64,000 bases of DNA from a virus, in IMG/VR virus record IMGVR_UViG_3300025383_000001, positions 2,657-66,656 of that record; one strand, written 5' to 3'. The translations under genes and the position numbers were made by a program. Below the pieces are notes generated by a model. The model had not been told where the DNA came from and ran no database searches. It saw only the letters and a list, made by a program, of their open reading frames with translations. Position 1 is the stretch's first letter. Every line of letters begins with the position of its first letter. Below, in pieces: positions 49,298 through 57,443 of the stretch.

Positions 49298-49326
49298 TCC
49301 CCAGGCATAGACCTGGGGATTTTTTT
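49298..49326 (+). terminator. Intrinsic terminator
   Basis: TCCCCAGG-CATAGA-CCTGGGGA-TTTTTTT. Confidence 0.8.
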
Positions 49327-49475
49327 GTCCCCAGTAAAAAATTAGGGAACTGGTTGTAAGCGACGCACTAGCCCGCAGGACAAAGTGTCACAATGCCACT
49401 ATGTCTTTCTCGGTTAAGCTCTGTAGCAGAGCTTAATATAATTTTATCGAGTTGTCAAGCATACCGAGTTTATAT

Positions 49476-49777
49476 TGTTCTAGCAATGTTCTACCTAATG
49501 TTCCTTGTAAGTCCTTGATTATAAAGGAATGTTCTATTGTTCCTAATGTTCCAAAAATTACTTTGCCCAAAATAATTTTACCGAGTGACAAAGACCCTCT
49601 ATGCAAGTGCAGATTGCACATGGTGAAATCAAATGAAAAAACCCCCTCGTAGTAAATTAAATATATAGAACAATAGAACAATATAAATAAATAACCCGCA
49701 AAGCCTTTATCTATAAGGCTTAGAGAATGTTCCATCACTTAGAACATTATAAGAACAATACCCTATTTTCTAGAACA
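49476..49777. repeat. Inverted array of TGTTC/GAACA units with an IHF consensus site (candidate pac/cos-like site or origin)
   Basis: Six TGTTC at 49476-49551, five GAACA plus one TGTTC at 49668-49777; TAAGTCCTTGATT (49508-49520) matches YAANNNNTTGATW; AT-rich and non-coding. Confidence 0.7.
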
Positions 49778-49791
49778 TATAGGACAAGTCC

Positions 49792-49820
49792 TTGACATTT
49801 CCCACCAAGTGTGCTATACT
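49792..49820 (+). promoter_or_regulatory. Strong early sigma70 promoter
   Basis: TTGACA, 17 bp, TATACT with TG extension. Confidence 0.88.
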
Positions 49821-49922
49821 GTATTTGTGAGTCGGAAATTGTTTTTGGTTCACATCAGGACAAAGTGGCAGAGTGACACTAAGTCCCAAACCCTAAACCT
49901 CACTCTATTGGAGATTGTTATT

Positions 49923-50501
49923 ATGGCAACAAAAACTGTAGTTAAAACGGCAGAAATGCTATCTCAATTTGACGAGCAAGAAAAGGCTCGTTTGGTATCT
50001 GCAACCCTTGCAATGGACTCTGGTGAAGACGAAGTTGCGGAAGCAATCGCAACGATTGCTCGTGAACTCGGTAGCAAACCTAGTTGGGCTCGCTATTCAA
50101 TGGGTCGCATTATCTTCGTTGAAACCCTCGAAGCACAGGGCAAAACCGAGGACGCTATCAAGTCCAAGTGGAAGCGGGTTTGTCGTGACTCTGCTATCAC
50201 TATTCCTGATAGTGATGACCCGCAAGCCAAGAAAAAGGCAGAGCAAAGGGCAAAGGCTCGTGCTGTATTTGAGAGCAAGTCCGACTCTGAACTAGAAGCG
50301 GAAATGGCAAACCTCTTGGCTCAACCTACTCTCAAGCGTATTGAGGAAGCCAAGAAACTTGGCAAGGAACTTGAGCAACGGCAGAAGGACGCAGGCAAGG
50401 ACATCAAAGCAGAACTTGCAGAACTCCGCAAGGCTATCCGTGACAAGGTCGCACTCATTGAGGACATTGAACAACTGCGTGAAATCCTCGACCAACTATA
50501 A
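49923..50501 (+). CDS. Early hypothetical protein, paralogue B
   Basis: GGAGA RBS, ATG 49923; paralogue of 48366-48989. Confidence 0.75.
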   Translation: MATKTVVKTAEMLSQFDEQEKARLVSATLAMDSGEDEVAEAIATIARELGSKPSWARYSMGRIIFVETLEAQGKTEDAIKSKWKRVCRDSAITIPDSDDPQAKKKAEQRAKARAVFESKSDSELEAEMANLLAQPTLKRIEEAKKLGKELEQRQKDAGKDIKAELAELRKAIRDKVALIEDIEQLREILDQL

Positions 50502-50522
50502 CTCAACCCGCAGTCCCTTTAT

Positions 50523-50551
50523 ACCCCGCCTAGTGCGGGGTTTTTTTATTT
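50523..50551 (+). terminator. Intrinsic terminator
   Basis: ACCCCGC-CTAGT-GCGGGGT-TTTTTT. Confidence 0.85.
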
Positions 50552-50552
50552 T

Positions 50553-50581
50553 CATGCCATCATGCCATCATGCCATCATGC
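50553..50581. repeat. Tandem repeat (CATGCCAT) x3.6
   Basis: Direct reading of the sequence. Confidence 0.9.
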
Positions 50582-50726
50582 GGACAAAGTGGCATCTTGA
50601 CACTATGTCTTTTATACCCCCATTATTTTTTATGGGAACTGGCTCGACGAGCGACGCACTAGGGAATTCGTTAGCATTGGGGACGAGATTTGGACTTTTT
50701 GGACTCCTGTAAGCTAGGACAAGTCC

Positions 50727-50755
50727 TTGACATTTACCACTAGATGTGGTATACT
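50727..50755 (+). promoter_or_regulatory. Strong early sigma70 promoter
   Basis: TTGACA, 17 bp, TATACT with TG extension; shares TAGGACAAGTCCTTGACATTT with the 49792 promoter. Confidence 0.88.
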
Positions 50756-50835
50756 AATAGAGTGGGAATTCGCCTACAACAACCAAACGACAAAGTGTCA
50801 CTATGCCACTATGTCCCAACCAAACGGAGTCAAGC

Positions 50836-50994
50836 ATGACAAGTAAAGAACAAGCCCAACTAACAGGCACGCTACAAAAACTGCTAACCCTTTGCCTCAA
50901 ATATCCGACCGCAGAAAACATTGCTCTCGCCAAAGAAGTAATGAAGACAATCAATGTAGTCGGTCTTCAATCCGCAGACAAAGTGGCAGAGTGA
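50836..50994 (+). CDS. Small early protein
   Basis: GGAG RBS after palindrome 4; stop codon lies inside palindrome 5. Confidence 0.6.
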   Translation: MTSKEQAQLTGTLQKLLTLCLKYPTAENIALAKEVMKTINVVGLQSADKVAE

Positions 50995-50998
50995 CACT

Positions 50999-51301
50999 AT
51001 GTCCAAACTCAAACTAACCTTCGAACCCGCAAGCCAAGTGCCACGCACCCACATCAGTCAGTCTTACTTGTGTGTTTCTCGTGTATCACATGATTGTGAT
51101 GTTCATGTAGAAGCAAGCCGAGCCGACTATCTCAAAGCAAACAATCTCCGCATGGTTTGCCACAAGTGTGGCGACGCACTAGCGACGCTAGAGTCCAAAC
51201 GCAAAGCAAGCATGGTTCAGATTCCGTATTCCAAAGGTGCGTATCAGTATATCCACAACCCCGACGAATTACGCTTTACTAACCCAAAGAGGACAACATG
51301 A
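50999..51301 (+). CDS. Early protein with Cys/His cluster
   Basis: CHKCG..PYSKGAYQYI..NPKRT; ATG lies inside palindrome 5. Confidence 0.6.
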   Translation: MSKLKLTFEPASQVPRTHISQSYLCVSRVSHDCDVHVEASRADYLKANNLRMVCHKCGDALATLESKRKASMVQIPYSKGAYQYIHNPDELRFTNPKRTT

Positions 51302-51465
51302 TGACCAAAGAAGAAGCCGACGCACTAATGCGTCTAACCGCCTACATGCTAGACGAGGATAAGTTAGCCGAATACAAGGGCTCTTTCCGTCAGCCAAACA
51401 ACGATGTAGAAATGCTCAACGATTACTTGTTGGGTCTTGATTCAACAGGGAGTTATCCAAAATGA
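51301..51465 (+). CDS. Small early protein (54 aa; absent from the ORF track)
   Basis: GAGGA RBS; overlapping start/stop codons on both sides. Confidence 0.5.
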   Translation: MTKEEADALMRLTAYMLDEDKLAEYKGSFRQPNNDVEMLNDYLLGLDSTGSYPK

Positions 51466-51686
51466 CCTACACATTCAAACCTCGCAGTCGCAAGAACCTA
51501 ATCGAGCAAGCCAATGCTCGTGCAATATCTACTCGAATCAAGCAGATGGCGACGCTTGAAGAAAAGCAGCAGCTTGTCGTTGAGACCAACCCTTTCTTGC
51601 ATATATTTGGCAAGCAACGCTTGGCTCAGGGTCATCTTGATTACAGCACTTGGCTTGACCGCATTTACATCGGGAGACGAAAGTGA
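51462..51686 (+). CDS. Small early protein
   Basis: GGGAG RBS; ATGA coupling. Confidence 0.55.
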   Translation: MTYTFKPRSRKNLIEQANARAISTRIKQMATLEEKQQLVVETNPFLHIFGKQRLAQGHLDYSTWLDRIYIGRRK

Positions 51687-51874
51687 AAGACTACCCGCCT
51701 TTCAGCGTCATGGACATAGCGATGGTCAAGGCTTGGAATTTCTGCATGGAATACGATTCGCACTCAGGTCGTGAAGTAGAACGCATGGGTGCAACCTACC
51801 TAAAAGAAGGCTATATCGAGGGCTTTCTTGCAGGCTTTTCACACAGGCTCGTAGGTGATGATGAAAATAGTTAA
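51683..51874 (+). CDS. Small early protein
   Basis: GGGAG RBS; GTGA coupling. Confidence 0.5.
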   Translation: MKDYPPFSVMDIAMVKAWNFCMEYDSHSGREVERMGATYLKEGYIEGFLAGFSHRLVGDDENS

Positions 51875-52037
51875 GTTATATCGTCATCCTGAAAAGCCTG
51901 AGTTCTATCTATTAGTCAAGCATGGTGAGATGGGACTGCTTGTGAATTACCCTATCGACAAACCTGATCGGAAACGACAGGCTCGGTGGTTTTCTTTAAA
52001 CGAAGTATATATAGATTGGATAAGGGAGTTTATATGA
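51861..52037 (+). CDS. Small early protein
   Basis: AGGT RBS; operon packing. Confidence 0.5.
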   Translation: MKIVKLYRHPEKPEFYLLVKHGEMGLLVNYPIDKPDRKRQARWFSLNEVYIDWIREFI

Positions 52038-52189
52038 TGTATTTATTCGGAGTAGTAATTCTTTTGACAACGATTATGGTTTCATCTGTTGCTTGGATAT
52101 GGGTAGACACACCCTTGCTTGCAATCGCTGGACTTGTCATATCGTCGTTTACCCTCGGCTTCATTCTAGGGGAGAACAGTAGTGACTGA
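52034..52189 (+). CDS. Small membrane protein with two TM helices
   Basis: AGGGAG RBS; hydrophobic. Confidence 0.55.
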   Translation: MMYLFGVVILLTTIMVSSVAWIWVDTPLLAIAGLVISSFTLGFILGENSSD

Positions 52190-52364
52190 GCATTACAAAG
52201 GGCAACGCATTGACGAATTGTTAGACATGATTGTCCGACTGCAGTATGCACTAGAAGAGAATAGAGATAGCGTCGACAGCGACGAGGTAGTTCGCCTCGT
52301 TGAATCAGAAGCTACCCTTGCAATTATGAAAGCAAAACTAACCGCACTACAAGGAGAAAAATGA
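52182..52364 (+). CDS. Small early protein
   Basis: GGGAG RBS, GTG start. Confidence 0.5.
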   Translation: MTEHYKGQRIDELLDMIVRLQYALEENRDSVDSDEVVRLVESEATLAIMKAKLTALQGEK

Positions 52365-52510
52365 ATGACAAGAAACTGAATGAACTCATGGCATTACTAA
52401 ACATGGCAAGCACTCGTGGGATTACCAAAGACCACATGAGATTGCTTGTTATTCAAGCACAAGAAATTGTGCGTCAACTAAAGAAGGAGAAGTTAAATGG
52501 CAAGACCTAG
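52361..52510 (+). CDS. Small early protein (49 aa; absent from the ORF track)
   Basis: AAGGAG RBS; ATGA coupling. Confidence 0.5.
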   Translation: MNDKKLNELMALLNMASTRGITKDHMRLLVIQAQEIVRQLKKEKLNGKT

Positions 52511-52790
52511 AAAAGCAAAACCCATGCCTGTCGAAGGCAACGCATTAGCACTAGACCTTAAAAACCCACAAAGTTTTGAAGGTGTCACCGACCCTCGCCA
52601 CGCAGTAGGCAGAACAAGCCGTAGTGCAAGCGAGGCATTCAAAGACGCAACCTATGCACAGTCAATGTGGAAATGCGAGTCTGATTTTGAATATGGAGTC
52701 CGCTTTGTCAGCGACATGGTGGTCGGTATGTTCACAGTCTTTATGTATTTACTAGTCCCTGTGTTATTAGCAGTTTGGTTATTTAGATAG
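52497..52790 (+). CDS. Small protein with C-terminal TM helix
   Basis: AAGGAG RBS; RSASEAF motif; stop codon overlaps palindrome 6. Confidence 0.6.
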   Translation: MARPRKAKPMPVEGNALALDLKNPQSFEGVTDPRHAVGRTSRSASEAFKDATYAQSMWKCESDFEYGVRFVSDMVVGMFTVFMYLLVPVLLAVWLFR

Positions 52791-52838
52791 ACAAAGTGTC
52801 ATTGTGACACTAAGTCCCTTTATTACGGAGTCAATTAA

Positions 52839-53540
52839 ATGATGAAACCTCAAGCATACGAAGCATTGCAAAAAGCAAAGGCACTATTTCGCCACCCAGC
52901 AGAAGTCGTGCAAGATGATATTCCATCTGAAGCAACACCAATCGAGCCTATTCGCAAACCACGAGTAGTCCTTTTACCACCCGATGCACCTAAGTTTGAC
53001 CAACACTCAATGAAAGAGGAACACAAAAAGATGGAACAAGCCAAACAAACCGAACTAGAAAACACCCTCGAAGAAATGGGGCTTACAACCCCAGCCATGA
53101 GAGAGCACAAAAAACAAATCGACAAGTATGCCGATATGTCTGTCACCAAAGCGTGTGAAGTTTGCCTTGCCAAAGGCATCAAGCAACCCGCAAATATTGC
53201 TAAAGAAACAGGCAAGAATGTAAATCAGATTTACACCGCCTTGTGGCATATCAAGCAACGCAAGAAAAAAGCCAAGGCTCAAGCCAAAGAAGCAAAGCGT
53301 TATGAGTATGACATGAGCAAGCCAAACCCCAAATTTGTAGCACCCAAGTCGTTGGACAAAGTGCAAGCCGATTGGGACAGAGAGCCGACTGCATGGGAAG
53401 ACGCACACAGGGTAGTCCTGCATGACAGGGAGTGGTATGAAGCCGAGATTGAAAAGCTAGCGACGGCTAACACCGACTTGCTTATCCAAATTCAAGAACT
53501 CAAAACCATCATCAAATACTTGGAAGGTAAATCCAAATGA
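52839..53540 (+). CDS. Early protein with possible HTH
   Basis: KQPANIAKETGKNVNQIYTALW resembles an HTH; C-terminal coiled coil. Confidence 0.55.
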   Translation: MMKPQAYEALQKAKALFRHPAEVVQDDIPSEATPIEPIRKPRVVLLPPDAPKFDQHSMKEEHKKMEQAKQTELENTLEEMGLTTPAMREHKKQIDKYADMSVTKACEVCLAKGIKQPANIAKETGKNVNQIYTALWHIKQRKKKAKAQAKEAKRYEYDMSKPNPKFVAPKSLDKVQADWDREPTAWEDAHRVVLHDREWYEAEIEKLATANTDLLIQIQELKTIIKYLEGKSK

Positions 53541-54487
53541 CATATACACATCAAGGGTATAACTGTGCCCGCATTCCAGCACTCGCAAACTATGCTCAAG
53601 CAAAAGAGCATTACCAATCCGTTGCACCCATTCGTGGGAGAAACCCCGAAGTCAGACCTCTTGGTAAGAACCGCCGCTTTACATGGTTCACTATCAACGA
53701 GAAGCACACGGTCTTGCCCGAATCTGATGACCCACTCGGTTCATTCGACATCGCCTATATTCTGCGTTGTTGGAACACCGACTTGATTACATTTCACAGT
53801 AATGGTGACATTGTTCTCAAGGATACTAGTTGGCATAGCCCGACGACGATGGGTTTCATGACCTTTTCATTGCAGGCTTTCGGTTCAATCATATCCAAGC
53901 GAGGCAAATGGTATTTCCAAAACAGCAAGGGGGAGAGTTTTCTTTTCCACAATGAAATGACTCTACGACAAAACGACGATGGGTTTGTCCGACCCAAAGA
54001 AGAAGTTGTAGAGAAGCGATACCGACTGTCACGCAAAGCGATGAACTCTATTCGCAAGAAATACAAGGGCTTTATCGAATACGGGAAGAACGCTTTGTCT
54101 ATCGACCCGACTGTCACAAGGCTTGAAGTTGCCGAGGCTAATCATGGCTTGTCATTTCAAGACACACATCTTGTGCCTTATTACTCGTGGAATAGCCCCA
54201 ACACCGACGGGTCTAACCGCACAAAGCTTTTTCAAGCATTGGATAGCTTTAATCAGTCTGGGGATTTAACCCTAGCTTACGAGTTGCTTTGCTATGTAGC
54301 ACAGTCGGTCGGTCGGTATAACTACCATAAGCAAATCATTGTGTGTGAACCTAATTGGTTTGTAAACAGAATGACCGAAGCAATGAAGTATCAATTCGCC
54401 AAAGAATTGTTTGTCGAAGAAACAGTAGAGAAGGGTGTCGTCTTTCATGATGACAATATTAAGTATGTAGCAAGAAGTGCGAAGTAA
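53537..54487 (+). CDS. Hypothetical early protein
   Basis: 316-aa ORF with ATGA coupling. Confidence 0.65.
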   Translation: MTYTHQGYNCARIPALANYAQAKEHYQSVAPIRGRNPEVRPLGKNRRFTWFTINEKHTVLPESDDPLGSFDIAYILRCWNTDLITFHSNGDIVLKDTSWHSPTTMGFMTFSLQAFGSIISKRGKWYFQNSKGESFLFHNEMTLRQNDDGFVRPKEEVVEKRYRLSRKAMNSIRKKYKGFIEYGKNALSIDPTVTRLEVAEANHGLSFQDTHLVPYYSWNSPNTDGSNRTKLFQALDSFNQSGDLTLAYELLCYVAQSVGRYNYHKQIIVCEPNWFVNRMTEAMKYQFAKELFVEETVEKGVVFHDDNIKYVARSAK

Positions 54488-54552
54488 GGGACAAAGTGTC
54501 ATGGTGACACTATGTCTTAGTTTTAAATCTAACTTAAATAAAGGAAACGGAA

Positions 54553-55647
54553 ATGTCGGAAGTATTATTAAATAAATTCTCTACCCTCAAAGAAGCAGAG
54601 GATATGATTGTGTCTTGTGGTGCTGGCGCAACCTTTCACCTTATGGGCGAACCAGGTGTAGGCAAAACCTCAATGTTCCGCAATATTGTTGCAAGAACTG
54701 GCTATAAAGGTATTTACATTGACGCACCAAACATCGAGCTTGGAGAATTGGGAATCCCAATCCCTAACCACGAAACCAAAACTACTCGCATTTATCCAAA
54801 CGAGCAATGGGGTTTCCACCTAAACGAGCCGCTTGTTATCTTCATCGACGAGTTCACCAAAGCCATGCAAGGTGTTAAGAATATGTTGCACCCAATGCTT
54901 AACGAGCCACGCATGGTTATGGGTATCCCATTGCACGAGAAAACGATAGTCGTAACGGCAGGTAATTACACTACCGACGGTGTAGGCGACACAATGATGA
55001 GCCATTCTCGCAATCGTATCTCTGTGGTCAATGTCAAGAAACCGCACGCAGGCTTTAATCCTGATGGCTCTATTGATGCTGACTCATGGGGTGAATGGGC
55101 AGTCAAGAATGATGTAGTCCCCGAAGTATTGGCATGGGTAAAGAATAACCCTCAAGCACTAGCCTCATACTTAGACCCATCACAGGCTGGCAACAAATAC
55201 ATCTTCAATCCAAAAGAAGCACAGAAGTCTTTTGTGTCGCCCCGCTCATTGGTTCGTGCAAGTAATATTCTCAAGCACAGAGCCGACTGCACAACGACAG
55301 CCATTACTTGTGCATTGGAAGGGACTATCGGAGCACCTGCGGCTAGGGATTTGATGGCATTCGTAGATGTGGCGGATAGCCTACCGACATGGGAAGCAAT
55401 CATCAAAGACCCACAAACCGCTACCGTGCCGACTAGTCCAGCAGCCTTGTGCTTACTTGCTTTTAGTGCAGTAAATAGAGTTGACCGCAACACCATCTCT
55501 AAATTCTTTGACTACCTCAAGCGGACTCCAAAAGAGTTGCAATCTGTCTTCTGCTTAACAGGCATGAAGAACGACGAGAAGAAAAAGACATTCTTAACCA
55601 GCCAAGCATTTACTGATTGGATGCGTGAGAACCAATACTTGTTCTAA
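54553..55647 (+). CDS. AAA+ ATPase (MoxR/CbbQ-like)
   Basis: GEPGVGKT Walker A, IFIDEF Walker B, TAGN, SRNR Arg finger, SPRS sensor. Confidence 0.85.
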   Translation: MSEVLLNKFSTLKEAEDMIVSCGAGATFHLMGEPGVGKTSMFRNIVARTGYKGIYIDAPNIELGELGIPIPNHETKTTRIYPNEQWGFHLNEPLVIFIDEFTKAMQGVKNMLHPMLNEPRMVMGIPLHEKTIVVTAGNYTTDGVGDTMMSHSRNRISVVNVKKPHAGFNPDGSIDADSWGEWAVKNDVVPEVLAWVKNNPQALASYLDPSQAGNKYIFNPKEAQKSFVSPRSLVRASNILKHRADCTTTAITCALEGTIGAPAARDLMAFVDVADSLPTWEAIIKDPQTATVPTSPAALCLLAFSAVNRVDRNTISKFFDYLKRTPKELQSVFCLTGMKNDEKKKTFLTSQAFTDWMRENQYLF

Positions 55648-55694
55648 ACGACAGAGTGTCATGGTGACACTTTGTCCTAACCTAAGGAAACTAT

Positions 55695-55979
55695 ATGAAA
55701 AAGAAAATGACAGACGAAATGTTTGAACAAGCAAATCGTCTTAAAAACGACATTGGCACTTTGCTAGAAGCGTCTGATGTAGAACTTGGATTGATACTGC
55801 CTGTGTTGATTGCAATCACTTGTGAAGCGGCGATTATCCAAGCTGAAATGAAACCGCACGAGTTTCTACGCTCAATCACAAATGGTGTATGTGCAATGAT
55901 TGACTTATCTCAGGAAGTTGAGGAAGAAGAAGATGATGAACCAACCGATGGAAGGAATAATATTCAATGGCTAAACTAA
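55695..55979 (+). CDS. Small acidic protein
   Basis: AAGGA RBS after palindrome 8; acidic C-terminus. Confidence 0.6.
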   Translation: MKKKMTDEMFEQANRLKNDIGTLLEASDVELGLILPVLIAITCEAAIIQAEMKPHEFLRSITNGVCAMIDLSQEVEEEEDDEPTDGRNNIQWLN

Positions 55980-57202
55980 CTGCCGAACAACGCATCGAAA
56001 GATGCCATGTGCAACTTATGAAGCACAGGAACTTTGCCCTGTTCTCAGGCTTATTTATGATTGGCAAGGTGACTGTTGCCGAAAACACCAATCATGGAAC
56101 TGCGGCGACTAATGGTGTTGATGTGACCTATGACAGAGCATTCGTCGATAGGCTCAACGATAAGCAACTAGCCTTTCTTATACTGCACGAGAATATGCAC
56201 AAGGCTTATCGACATCTTGTCGTATGGGAAAGCCTGCATCGCAAGAATAGGATGCTCGCAAATGCGGCGTGCGACTATGTCATAAATTTACAGATTCGTG
56301 ATTATGACCCTAGCGAATACGATACGCAATTCCCAACCGACGAGTTCGGCAATCAGATGGGTTTGATTGACGAGAAGTATCGTGGCATGGACTCTGCCCA
56401 AGTATTCAAGCTACTCGAAGAAGAACATGGCGGTGGTGGCGGTGGTGGCGGTGGTGATGGTGATGGAAAAATCTTTGTCGTAGGCGATGGCAACGGATTC
56501 GACCATCACGATTGGGAAGATGCACAAGAACTATCCGATACCGAAAAGGAAGAAATAGCCAAAGAGATTGAGTCTGCGTTGCGTCAGGGCTCTATCCTAG
56601 TCGGCAAGCTAGGCGGTAATGTTTCTCGTGAGATAGGCGACATGCTAACTCCCAAAGTAGATTGGAAAGAAGCGTTGCGTGATTTCGTCAAGTCATCCAC
56701 GCAAGGCAAGGAAAAGTCTACATGGAAGCGACTGCATAAACGCTATATCGGTATGGATATCGTGATGCCCTCACAATATTCTGAAAAGGTAGGCGGCATT
56801 GCTATCGGTATCGACACATCAGGCTCGATTGGTTCGGAAGAACTTAATCAATTCTTATCTGAAGTTAAGTCTATCTGCGAAGAAGTATCACCCGAACAGA
56901 TTGATTTGCTTTATTGGGATACTCATGTGGCTTCTAGAGAAACATATATGCAGAACGAGCTTGCAGGTCTGGAACAAAACACCAAGCCAGCAGGCGGTGG
57001 TGGGACTGACCCGACTTGTGTGCCTAAGTTTATGGCGAAGCATGATATCAAAGCCGAGTGCCTTATCTTTCTGACCGATGGATATATCGGGCGACAAAAC
57101 CCAAGCGACTATTCAAGCCTGACCATGCCTGTGTTGTGGTGCATCAAAGGCAATAGTCATTTTAACGAAGCCGTAGTTGGCAAAGTAGTTCATGTTGAAT
57201 AA
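55967..57202 (+). CDS. Metallopeptidase plus VWA domain protein (DUF2201-like)
   Basis: TAATNG, LHENMH (HExxH), NAACDYVIN; MIDAS DTSGS..GGGT..LTDG. Confidence 0.88.
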   Translation: MAKLTAEQRIERCHVQLMKHRNFALFSGLFMIGKVTVAENTNHGTAATNGVDVTYDRAFVDRLNDKQLAFLILHENMHKAYRHLVVWESLHRKNRMLANAACDYVINLQIRDYDPSEYDTQFPTDEFGNQMGLIDEKYRGMDSAQVFKLLEEEHGGGGGGGGGDGDGKIFVVGDGNGFDHHDWEDAQELSDTEKEEIAKEIESALRQGSILVGKLGGNVSREIGDMLTPKVDWKEALRDFVKSSTQGKEKSTWKRLHKRYIGMDIVMPSQYSEKVGGIAIGIDTSGSIGSEELNQFLSEVKSICEEVSPEQIDLLYWDTHVASRETYMQNELAGLEQNTKPAGGGGTDPTCVPKFMAKHDIKAECLIFLTDGYIGRQNPSDYSSLTMPVLWCIKGNSHFNEAVVGKVVHVE

Positions 57203-57212
57203 GGAGAAACAA

Positions 57213-57443
57213 ATGATTGAAACCAAAATGCCGAAAGGCAGAGCAAGAGATGGAAAGATAAACATCAGCCTCAACCCTGAGACTGTTGCTCAACTCGTCG
57301 TAGTAAAAGATGATATCGGAACTGCCCTGGGCTTTTCCGTATCGTATTCCCAAGCAATACAACACCTCATTAAGCATTTCAACCAACGGACAGAGTGTCA
57401 AGGTGACACTTTGTCCCAACCAAACGGAGAGTCAAATGAATAA
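57213..57443 (+). CDS. Possible ribbon-helix-helix protein
   Basis: KINISLNPETVAQL..SYSQAIQHLI; AAGGAG RBS; 3' end contains palindrome 9. Confidence 0.5.
   Translation: MIETKMPKGRARDGKINISLNPETVAQLVVVKDDIGTALGFSVSYSQAIQHLIKHFNQRTECQGDTLSQPNGESNE

Larger units (their letters stand above)
48175..49316. repeat. Island of 20 CCWGG sites
   Basis: Counted at 48175, 48244, 48291, 48311, 48329, 48475, 48500, 48587, 48635, 48716, 48926, 48941, 48953, 49011, 49020, 49144, 49251, 49273, 49301, 49312. Confidence 0.85.

Noticed and set aside
49433-49738. ORFs 49433-49738 (-) and 49452-49652 (+) from the ORF track
   Set aside because: No RBS; they merely translate the TGTTC/GAACA repeat array
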